Of a DNA stretch of 64,000 nt, positions 1-8,312 are shown piece after piece (the stretch's first letter is position 1; each line of letters begins with the position of its first letter). The notes under the pieces were generated by a model that worked only from the letters and a program-made list of their open reading frames with translations, made no database searches and was not told where the DNA came from. The stretch is taken from positions 160,001-224,000 of the forward strand of contig JBMFRB010000001.1 of assembly GCA_049968255.1 (NCBI GenBank). The letters run 5' to 3'. The DNA comes from Candidatus Sumerlaeaceae bacterium (GTDB taxonomy: Bacteria > Sumerlaeota > Sumerlaeia > Sumerlaeales > Sumerlaeaceae). The position numbers and the translations under genes were made by a program.

Positions 1-2878
1 AACCCACCCACCGACGCGCCAAGGCATCGAACTTGCTAAAGTGATGAGCGAGTTTTTTCGAACTGTGTTGGAATGTTATCGCCACCTGTGCGACGGCGCG
101 AAGAATCCTTCAGGCCACGACCTACTCGACTTCGCGGAACTTGAGCTGCGCACAGTTCGCCTTCTCCAAAACCCAGAAGTGCGCAGAGAGCTTCAGAAGG
201 AAATTAGAGCACTCATCGTTGATGAGTATCAGGATACAAGCGACATCCAGTGGGAGATCTTTCGCCTCCTTCTCTCGCCTCCCGAAAGTGAAAGAGAGAA
301 GAACCAGGCCTTGCCATGGCTTTATGTCGTCGGCGACCCTTACCAGGCAATCTACGGGTGGCGCCAAGCTGGTCATGAGGTCTTCGACAAAACCATACGC
401 TGGGCAGGCCAGCAATCGGCGGGCGAAGTAGTGCACATGCTTTCCACGAACTTTCGCACACAAACGTTACCTCTTAATATTATTAACAAATTATGCAGTC
501 ATCTTTTTGACTCTCAACGTGAGAACAGACCGAACTCTGAGCCTCAAATCAGTTTCCAACAACTCTTTGCCTGGCGCGCGAATACCTGGGGGCAAATGGT
601 CTGGCTGCATTATACCCCAGTGGATGAGAAAAACGGGGGTCCAAAGAAGCTAAGGCCTCAAGTCGCAGCCTCTGACACAAGCTCTGAACGTGAGAGCCCG
701 CAAAGCGCTCAACAGGAATCGCCAGAGATCGTTCAGGTCAAAAGTGTCGTGACCCTGCTCAAGCAAATCGTTGGCAGAGGCGAACCGTTCGTGCTGAAGA
801 ATGAAAACGGGCAGGAGAAGGCTTTGCAGTGGGGACATGTGGCATTTTTGTGCCGCAAACGTAAGCACTTTCCGACTGTGGAACTGGTGCTTCGTGCTTC
901 GGGTATTCCATTCAAGACGCATGCGGGCTCGGGATTCTATGAACGACCGGAAATCATTGAGATTCTCAACGCCCTCCGAGTGCTCGCCGATGAAGAGGAT
1001 AGCTTCTCATTGCTTGGCTTCCTGAGGGGACAACTTATTCGCTGTCCGGATTCGACCCTGTTTAAACTCTCCTGTCATAACGGCAACAACCTGTGGCAGA
1101 AGTGCAAGAGTGCTCTCGGAGACAAGCGCGGCACACAAGAGCTTCCCGAAGCGGTTCGTCTCGCCACCTGGGAGCGCGAGCGCATCAGATTTGCGTGCGA
1201 TGTCTTGGAGCAATGCCAGCGGCGCGTGGGTGTTACCCCAATTGACCAACTCATCACGGATATTCTTGAACGGACAAGCGCCTGGGCTGCGAGCGGACTT
1301 TATGACCATCCCGAACAAGTCAGGGAAAACCTCAAGAAGCTCATCGCGATAGCGCACCAACGCAAAACAACAAGTCTGGAAGGCTTTCTCGAATACATGG
1401 ATCAGCAGGAAGCGTCGGAAGAGGTCGAAGGATTGGCTCCGGTTCTGGAAGAAAGCGAGCAGACAGCAAAAATCCTCACGGTTCACGCGGCGAAGGGGTT
1501 GGAGTACCCAATCGTTGTGCTCCCCTTTTTAGAGGGAGGGCTTTTGCGCCGTTCGAGCAACAAACCTTTGACCGATGGGGTGGCATGGTTTTCTTCATCC
1601 AGAGTTTCTGATTCCGGCATTTTCCGCTACCTGCAGGAAAAAGAGCTTCGTCGTCAGGAGGAGGAAGAAAAACGCGTCTTCTATGTCGCTCTCACCCGGG
1701 CGCAGGACCTCGTGGTGCTCTCCTCTAGCAAGCCCAAACGACAGCCTTCGGGCCCTACGGTACTTTCGTGGCTTAACAACTATTGTGAACGCACAGAAGT
1801 CAGCTCGTGGGATGAGCTCGTCCAGGAAATGAGCAAGGCGTCGCAGAATGTGGCACTGAAACTGGAGTTCTCGGAGCCGCCGCCACAACAGCCCAATACG
1901 TGTACTTATGACATGCGCGCCGGAACTTCACTGGAAGAACTTTATTCGACCTACTTCGAGAGAGTGCAGCACTTGGCCGTGCAAACATTTCCTCGCGCAG
2001 AGCCACAGGACTGTGCCCTGTTAGATCGGCCACCGTTTGCTCCTCCCCTCATGCGGAAAGAGCGCAGCATTTCTGTAGGGGTAAGCGAGTTTCTCACGTT
2101 TTTGCACTGTCCGCGAGATTATTATGAACAGTATATTCTCGAACTCCCGCCGCTGCTCTCGGAAAGTAAACTGCGACGTGTGCCGCAACAGGGGGGCATG
2201 CTCAGTGCATCAGAGAAAGGCCGCCTGCTTCATACTCTCATAGAGGACCTTTTGTTGAGCCGGCCGCGACAATGGAATACTGATGTGGAACAGAAACTAC
2301 GGTGGAAGGCCAAGCAAACCGCCAATGAGAGCCTCGATCCCGCGGTGTTGGACGAACTCGTGGCCCATGTGAAGGGCGCCTATGACGCCGGCAAATTCGA
2401 GCGTTTGCTGAGGGCGCATCGGTGTTGGATCGAGCAATATTTTCTCGTGGTGGTTGACGAAAAGCTTGCCCTTAGTGGAAGAACGGATTGCGAGTACGAA
2501 ACCGAAGAGGGATTGGTCGAAATAGCAGACTTCAAAACAGGGACGGGCGAATGGGAGGAAACTTATGGAAAAGACTATTATGAGCTACAGATGAAGATTT
2601 ATCTTTGGATGTTAGCAACGCGCTTTCCACATCAGCCATGCTACCGAGCAACGTTGCTTCACACAGCACCCAGTGTGCCTAGTGAGGACATTTGCCTTAC
2701 AGCGCAAGAGCTCACAGGTTTCGGCGAGTTTCTAAAAGCGCAAGCAGCGGAGTTTCGCAGTTTTCTCAACCGCTATGCCGTTGGTGATCTTTGCCTCGGC
2801 GCCCAGCTCAACGATGCGCTCGATGCTGAGTGTCGCCGTCGCAAAAAACCTTGCCCGAAACACCTTGTCGCCGACTAG
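1..2878 (+). CDS. addA: AddA/RecB-like SF1 helicase with C-terminal PD-(D/E)XK nuclease (5' partial)
   Basis: Frame is open back to the window start. UvrD motifs LIVDEYQD, VGDPYQAIYGWR, TVHAAKGLEY, FYVALTRA; nuclease motif SGRTD...IADFKTG...YELQMKIY. Confidence 0.85.
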   Translation, partial: THPPTRQGIELAKVMSEFFRTVLECYRHLCDGAKNPSGHDLLDFAELELRTVRLLQNPEVRRELQKEIRALIVDEYQDTSDIQWEIFRLLLSPPESEREKNQALPWLYVVGDPYQAIYGWRQAGHEVFDKTIRWAGQQSAGEVVHMLSTNFRTQTLPLNIINKLCSHLFDSQRENRPNSEPQISFQQLFAWRANTWGQMVWLHYTPVDEKNGGPKKLRPQVAASDTSSERESPQSAQQESPEIVQVKSVVTLLKQIVGRGEPFVLKNENGQEKALQWGHVAFLCRKRKHFPTVELVLRASGIPFKTHAGSGFYERPEIIEILNALRVLADEEDSFSLLGFLRGQLIRCPDSTLFKLSCHNGNNLWQKCKSALGDKRGTQELPEAVRLATWERERIRFACDVLEQCQRRVGVTPIDQLITDILERTSAWAASGLYDHPEQVRENLKKLIAIAHQRKTTSLEGFLEYMDQQEASEEVEGLAPVLEESEQTAKILTVHAAKGLEYPIVVLPFLEGGLLRRSSNKPLTDGVAWFSSSRVSDSGIFRYLQEKELRRQEEEEKRVFYVALTRAQDLVVLSSSKPKRQPSGPTVLSWLNNYCERTEVSSWDELVQEMSKASQNVALKLEFSEPPPQQPNTCTYDMRAGTSLEELYSTYFERVQHLAVQTFPRAEPQDCALLDRPPFAPPLMRKERSISVGVSEFLTFLHCPRDYYEQYILELPPLLSESKLRRVPQQGGMLSASEKGRLLHTLIEDLLLSRPRQWNTDVEQKLRWKAKQTANESLDPAVLDELVAHVKGAYDAGKFERLLRAHRCWIEQYFLVVVDEKLALSGRTDCEYETEEGLVEIADFKTGTGEWEETYGKDYYELQMKIYLWMLATRFPHQPCYRATLLHTAPSVPSEDICLTAQELTGFGEFLKAQAAEFRSFLNRYAVGDLCLGAQLNDALDAECRRRKKPCPKHLVAD

Positions 2879-2890
2879 TGGGAAGAAACA

Positions 2891-3568
2891 ATGACGGATC
2901 GAACACCGCGCATTATGGCTTTTGCCTCAGCCATTCTTCTCTGGGTGCTAGGTTATGTGGCCGTCACGACGTTTTACGGAAAGTATTTTGACGTCATGGC
3001 GAGCCGTGGCGTTCATTCGCCCCAGGTTTACGAAGAGCGACTGAAGCGTGCTCTGCATTTTGATCCGACGAATGGCTACGTTGCGCTGAAACTTGCGCGG
3101 GTAGCCATGCGGCAAGGTGCAGATGGACTCGCCCTCAACTACCAGCGAGAGGGAATGAAATCGTTTTCCTCGGTGCGGAGCTATGGCCAGCTCGGTTCGA
3201 TCTTGATGCGCAAAACATTCGACCGCGAAGCTGCCGAAACGTTCGAGCGGGCAGTGCGTATGAATCCTAATTACATCGAAGCATGGGAGCAGCTCGGCAT
3301 TCTGGCTCTGCGAGCAGGCGAATCGCAAAATTTGCAGCAGGTGACAGAGGAGATAAGACGGCGCGACCTTAGGAACCTAAACGTTTACTATTTGCGGGCA
3401 AAAGATGCTGAGCGGCGCGGCGATACAAACGGAGCCTTATTGAATTATCAGATTATTTCGGCAGAGCTGGCCCGTCGCAACAAGATGCCGGAGCGGCCAA
3501 TGTTCTCCCGCGATGAAATCCAATCACGTATCAAGCAACTTCTGGAGGAGCGCGACGGACGGCAGTGA
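2891..3568 (+). CDS. Membrane-anchored TPR protein
   Basis: N-terminal TM helix, then TPR-like repeats (RALHFDPTNG, FERAVRMNPNYIEAWEQLG). Stop overlaps the next start (GTGA). Confidence 0.75.
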   Translation: MTDRTPRIMAFASAILLWVLGYVAVTTFYGKYFDVMASRGVHSPQVYEERLKRALHFDPTNGYVALKLARVAMRQGADGLALNYQREGMKSFSSVRSYGQLGSILMRKTFDREAAETFERAVRMNPNYIEAWEQLGILALRAGESQNLQQVTEEIRRRDLRNLNVYYLRAKDAERRGDTNGALLNYQIISAELARRNKMPERPMFSRDEIQSRIKQLLEERDGRQ

Positions 3569-5067
3569 ACGCGCGACGCCTTTTCTTCTTACTTGTCTTG
3601 GCAATCTTTGGGTTGATCGGTCTTGGTGGGATCTACCGTCTCCACTACTTTCTTTTGACTAACAAAGCGATCTACCTAGCCAACCGTCAAGAGTTCCACG
3701 AAGCGCAAGCGCTGCTAGAATATGTCGTCAATAATCATCCTCAGAGTGTACGTGCGCGACGGGCACTCGCCCAGGTTGAACTCGATTTGGGGAATTACGC
3801 TAACGCAGAATTTCTTCTCATCGGGTTGGAAACATCTCCAGACATCAAGCTGGAAAAAGCCATTTGCTACTACGAGAGTGGGCGAGAGGCGGAAGCTGTC
3901 GAGGAACTTGCCGCAATTCCCATTTCGGGAAAAAGTAGGTGTGAACCTTTGTTGGCAGCAGTCGTGACCAACGGACTCCGCGTGATTCAGGGCAATCCAC
4001 CTTCCTCGGAGTTTCTCTCGATCAAGTGCGACGAGCTAGCGCGTGCACAGGCAAGGTTTTTGCTTAGCCTTCAAAGCCGTGGGGCCCTCATGCGAGGGAA
4101 CCTTGTGCGGGCCCGTGAATTTGCAGCGCGTGCAGTGGCACTCGGCGATCGCAATCCCATCGCGCGGCGCGTTGCCGTCATCTCTTGCGCAGCGACACTC
4201 GACTTCGCAAAAGCGAAATACTTTGCCGACATCAGTGTTCGCCAGCAATTCGATTGGAACGCCTTGTTGGCAGACATTGCAAAAATTGAGACAGATCTCA
4301 CAAGCCGTACGATCGCACCTGAATTCACGAGCCTTCAGGAATATCGACGGCTAGCGTTAGCAGGCGCGAAAGCATGGGCCTTGGCCGAGATTGGCAACAG
4401 TAACGACGATACAAGTGCGGCGGCGGCCAGCGTGGATCTTGCTAAACTGATTGCTGAGAGCATGCCCTACGAAGTGCGCTATCGTTTACTCTATGCTGAT
4501 GCGCTGGCTGGAGCAGGAAGACAAGCGGATGCCTATCAATTGCTTCGGCGCTGGAGCGAGCAACACGATTCCTATGTTATTGATCTTCGCATGGCGGTTT
4601 TGGCCGGATCAGCACCGGATGATGTTTTTCAAAAATATGAAAACGCCGCGAGAGTGGTGGCACGTTTGAGTGCTGACGACTTTCTTACGACAAATGTGGT
4701 CCGAAAAAAGAATGTACTTGCCTTTTACGAGGCAGGCAAATGTGGGGCCTCGTTTTCCGTGCCTGCCCCCGGCAAGTACCTTCTTGTGTTGACCGCACGC
4801 GGCGACCGTGCATTTGGGCTGTCGCCGCTGGTTGCTGTGCGCCTGAACGGCAAGAAAGCGCAGGACGCTTACATTGCGAAGGAGCAATGGGATGTTTATA
4901 CCATTGCGGCGGAACTCGAAGCTGGGCATCATTCGCTTGAACTCGAATATCTGAACAATTCAGAAAGATTGCCCAGTAACGAGGAAGACCGAAACTTCTA
5001 CCTTCATAATGTGATGATCACTCGATTTGAGGATAACGAGAGTGGAACCAACTCAGTTGAACAGTGA
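3565..5067 (+). CDS. Membrane-anchored TPR protein with C-terminal CBM60-like carbohydrate-binding domain
   Basis: N-terminal TM, helical repeats, C-terminal beta-sandwich ARGDRA..PLVAVRLNG...LEYLNN...EDRNFYLHNV resembling the Ca-dependent CBM60 'DRNLY' signature. Confidence 0.65.
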   Translation: MNARRLFFLLVLAIFGLIGLGGIYRLHYFLLTNKAIYLANRQEFHEAQALLEYVVNNHPQSVRARRALAQVELDLGNYANAEFLLIGLETSPDIKLEKAICYYESGREAEAVEELAAIPISGKSRCEPLLAAVVTNGLRVIQGNPPSSEFLSIKCDELARAQARFLLSLQSRGALMRGNLVRAREFAARAVALGDRNPIARRVAVISCAATLDFAKAKYFADISVRQQFDWNALLADIAKIETDLTSRTIAPEFTSLQEYRRLALAGAKAWALAEIGNSNDDTSAAAASVDLAKLIAESMPYEVRYRLLYADALAGAGRQADAYQLLRRWSEQHDSYVIDLRMAVLAGSAPDDVFQKYENAARVVARLSADDFLTTNVVRKKNVLAFYEAGKCGASFSVPAPGKYLLVLTARGDRAFGLSPLVAVRLNGKKAQDAYIAKEQWDVYTIAAELEAGHHSLELEYLNNSERLPSNEEDRNFYLHNVMITRFEDNESGTNSVEQ

Positions 5068-7078
5068 GCAGCCCGTGCAACCAACGGTGAGCCGACAGAA
5101 TCTCACACCTGACGATATCATCCGTGAAATCGTCAGGTATTGGTGGGCCAAGCGGAAATGGATTGGCAAGATTGTCGTGATCGCGGCGGTTGTCTACGCT
5201 GTGATCTTGCTCCTAGTTCCAAACCGCTATTGTGCCGAAGCTAAGGTGATTATCCTGCCGCCTAAGTTTTCCGCGGAGATTCGCACAGAACCACTTTCGG
5301 TGATCACAGCAAAAGAACTTCTGAAAAGTGGCGAGATGGTGGAATCGCTTATCCGCACCATTCGCGAGGCGAAGCCGTTGGCCGAGAAATTTGTCAAGCA
5401 GTACGACAATGCCCGGCGAGCGGCCGAGGTTTTGCATGCCCTGGGGCGCGAAGGGATTGCAAAAAAGTTGGGCGAAAAATCTGCGGCCCTGGCCCCTTTC
5501 TTCGATCGATGGGGTGCTGAGGAGTTGCAGGCGCTTGCAGAACTCCCCAATTCCGAAATCGAGGACTGGACAATCGAGGTTCTCGGCAAATCATTGGATT
5601 GCGAGGAGATCATCGAAAAAAAGACTGCTGCTGACATTAAGATGTCGCCGCTGCTGAATCTTTACGCGGTCGCAAACAGCGGTCTTAAGGCCCAGCTTTT
5701 GGTGAACACGTGGGCGATCCTGTTCGAGAAAAAATACGATGAGCTTGCTAACGAAAAAACGCGTTATCAATATGATTACATTCTTGCTCAGCAGCAAGAC
5801 GCCGAAAAGGAGCTCGCTAAACAGCAGCAACGCATTGTAGACTTCAAGGCGAAGAACAACCTTGAGTTGCTCCTGCGGGAGATTGACGAATACTCGGCGG
5901 ACTACAAGGAATTCTTGAACCAGCTCGTCCAGAAACGGCATCAAGTCGCGATACTTCGGCAAAAGATCGAAGAGCAGAAAGCGACACTTGCAACGCTGAC
6001 GAAAGATGGCTTCTGGATTGGCGAGCTAGAGGCTGAGCAAATCATGAAGCCTGAAGTGGCAGAAGCCGAGTCGAAATCGGCCGATGTTTTTACGACACAT
6101 TCCGAGACTCCCTATGACGAAGCGCGGTTGCGCACCCTGGAACTGAGAAGCCGGCTCCTGCATTATCTTGCCCGACTAGGGCGTTTCCAGCAGGAGCAGC
6201 CGGTAGAGCTCATAAACAAGGAATTGGATCAGCTGCAGTCGGATTATTTCTCTGCGATTGGCAAATTACGCTCGGCTGATGCACGTGTGGCGATTCTGCG
6301 AGGCGCATTGGCAGCTCTAGATGCGGCACTTTCGTCAACCGAGCGCATCATTGTACTCTTCAAAGATGTTCCGGATGTAAACATTTCGGAGGCATTGCGC
6401 ACCAATCAGCCCCAGCAACTTAAAGCCTTGGCGGGAGTTCAATTCCGACGCGAGGAACTCAATCCTGCATGGACAATTCTTTTTGAGCAGCGGGCAAAAC
6501 TCGAAGCCGAATACCATCAGGCACAGGCGGAGTTGGCCGAATTGCAGCCACGCGTGAAGCAATACGAAGAGCAGGCGCGGGCGTTGCAAATACGCGCTTA
6601 CCGCGCGCGGTTGGCTGAAAGGATGCTGCTTGATTCATTGGAAGCACGAAAAAAGTCTCTCCAGGCCTTGCTTCAGCAATATCTCGACACTCGAAACCAG
6701 GTCCACGACGATTCCATCAGGCTGGGCCTTCTGCTGGGCGACATTCGGGAATTGGAGGAACAAACCAGCCGCACAAAGGCAATGGTGGAACAGCTTCAGC
6801 GGAGATATAACGAGGCCTCAGCACAACTCCAGCTTATGGAGATCCAATTGCGAGCCGTTCAGCGGAACGCGGACTTGCTGACCCAGAAACTGCAGGACGC
6901 TCGAATGGCTATTGCACAACCGGTGAGCGACGTCTCAATCGCGGCTTTCGCTCCAACGCCCACGAAGCACTATTTCCCGCCTCGCACGATCACTCTTATA
7001 GGCTTGACCTTCGTGACGTTACTTACACTCCTGACGTTGCTCGGCCGTTCCCGTTATGTGGAGCTTCAGCGCCGATGA
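5027..7078 (+). CDS. Wzz/GumC-like polysaccharide co-polymerase with long coiled coil and no kinase domain (start uncertain)
   Basis: Wzz-type N-terminus (TM then PNRYCAEAKVII), long coiled coil, Pro-rich APTPTKHYFPPR before the C-terminal TM. Confidence 0.75.
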   Translation: MRITRVEPTQLNSEQPVQPTVSRQNLTPDDIIREIVRYWWAKRKWIGKIVVIAAVVYAVILLLVPNRYCAEAKVIILPPKFSAEIRTEPLSVITAKELLKSGEMVESLIRTIREAKPLAEKFVKQYDNARRAAEVLHALGREGIAKKLGEKSAALAPFFDRWGAEELQALAELPNSEIEDWTIEVLGKSLDCEEIIEKKTAADIKMSPLLNLYAVANSGLKAQLLVNTWAILFEKKYDELANEKTRYQYDYILAQQQDAEKELAKQQQRIVDFKAKNNLELLLREIDEYSADYKEFLNQLVQKRHQVAILRQKIEEQKATLATLTKDGFWIGELEAEQIMKPEVAEAESKSADVFTTHSETPYDEARLRTLELRSRLLHYLARLGRFQQEQPVELINKELDQLQSDYFSAIGKLRSADARVAILRGALAALDAALSSTERIIVLFKDVPDVNISEALRTNQPQQLKALAGVQFRREELNPAWTILFEQRAKLEAEYHQAQAELAELQPRVKQYEEQARALQIRAYRARLAERMLLDSLEARKKSLQALLQQYLDTRNQVHDDSIRLGLLLGDIRELEEQTSRTKAMVEQLQRRYNEASAQLQLMEIQLRAVQRNADLLTQKLQDARMAIAQPVSDVSIAAFAPTPTKHYFPPRTITLIGLTFVTLLTLLTLLGRSRYVELQRR

Positions 7079-7104
7079 GCGTTGTCAGGGGGAGTGGATG
7101 AGAA

Positions 7105-8286
7105 ATGATCGAGGCCCGCTTCATTGCTCGAGCGGTGACGTTCCTTGTGCTGCTTCTTCTGCTGTTCGGAGCGGGCATGAGCCTTGAGAAAGTCACCATC
7201 GCTTTTGGGCGGTCGCAACCGGAGAACTACGCTGCGCTAGCGCGCGAAGCCATGCGCAAAGGCAATAACGAAGCAGCGCAGGCCATAGTCGAGAAACGCC
7301 TTTCAAAGTACTTTTATGATTTTGACGCGCTGTATCTCTTGGCCGAAATTCAAGCGGCGAAAGGCAACGTCGACGCAGCGGCGGACACGATTCGTCAGGT
7401 GTTCCAGCGCCTCCCCGGAGCTCGGGCAAACCAAGTGCAATCCTTTGGGTTCGATGAACCAAAGAGTTACTATCTTCTGGGGCTTTACCTGTGGCAGGCC
7501 AAACACTACGACGAGGCTGCCGAAATGCTGCGCGCCGCGATTGATGCAGGCTATCCCGTTGCACGCGAGCAACTGGCGGACTACGTCCCAGAGACGAAAA
7601 TCGCCCCCGCTCAGGCAAAGGCCGTCGCTCAGATGGCGCTCAAGCTACGCGAGCCCAAGGCATTCCTCGCTGCTGTGAAAATGCTGCTCAGCGACAAAAA
7701 AACTCACGTTGCCGGAGAACTGCTTTATGCCGAGTGGATGGAGCTCGTCGATAGAAACGTTGTGGGTGCGGACCTGCGTCTGCGCGCAGCGCTAAGTAGC
7801 AGCTATCCCGATCCAGCCCTTGCGCTGGCACTGGCCAATCTCCGCTCGCGAGTCTATCGCTCGGCAGACGCTGGAACAACATTTCGTCAGCTAGCGCACC
7901 AGACTACCGGCACAAAAGTGCTGGGACCAGGGCTGTTCAAACTCACTGCCGGCGAGACTGTGGACAGGCGCGGAATTGTCCTGGGCCGAAATGGCAAAGC
8001 GATAGCAGAAATTTCCACAGGTGCTTACAAAGTGACTCGGCTTATCCTGAACGCGGAGGGATCGTGGGCACTTGGAATGTATCCTGTGCTCATTGTACGC
8101 TTGGATGGCAAGGATGCAACATGGTTGTATCTTGATGGGCTTCAGCCACATCTCTTTGACCTCCCCCTGTGGCCTGCGGGCGCACCTAAGGATGTCACAA
8201 TTGAGTTTGACTTCATCAACGACGCTTTTGAGCCATTGAGCAAAGCGGACCGTAACGTCACCATTCGTGATATTCTTCTCTTCTAG
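7105..8286 (+). CDS. Membrane-anchored TPR protein with C-terminal CBM60-like domain
   Basis: TM, TPRs (FDALYLLAEIQAAKGN, SYYLLGLYLW), C-terminal AEGSWA..YPVLIVRLDG...FINDA...ADRNVTIRDI. RBS GGGGAG. Confidence 0.65.
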   Translation: MIEARFIARAVTFLVLLLLLFGAGMSLEKVTIAFGRSQPENYAALAREAMRKGNNEAAQAIVEKRLSKYFYDFDALYLLAEIQAAKGNVDAAADTIRQVFQRLPGARANQVQSFGFDEPKSYYLLGLYLWQAKHYDEAAEMLRAAIDAGYPVAREQLADYVPETKIAPAQAKAVAQMALKLREPKAFLAAVKMLLSDKKTHVAGELLYAEWMELVDRNVVGADLRLRAALSSSYPDPALALALANLRSRVYRSADAGTTFRQLAHQTTGTKVLGPGLFKLTAGETVDRRGIVLGRNGKAIAEISTGAYKVTRLILNAEGSWALGMYPVLIVRLDGKDATWLYLDGLQPHLFDLPLWPAGAPKDVTIEFDFINDAFEPLSKADRNVTIRDILLF

Positions 8287-8312
8287 CCTCAAACCCAAGA
8301 AATGATAAAAAC

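Noticed and set aside
2060-2878. Cas4-like nuclease as a sign of CRISPR-Cas
   Set aside because: It is fused to a UvrD-type repair helicase; no repeats or cas genes were seen in the window.
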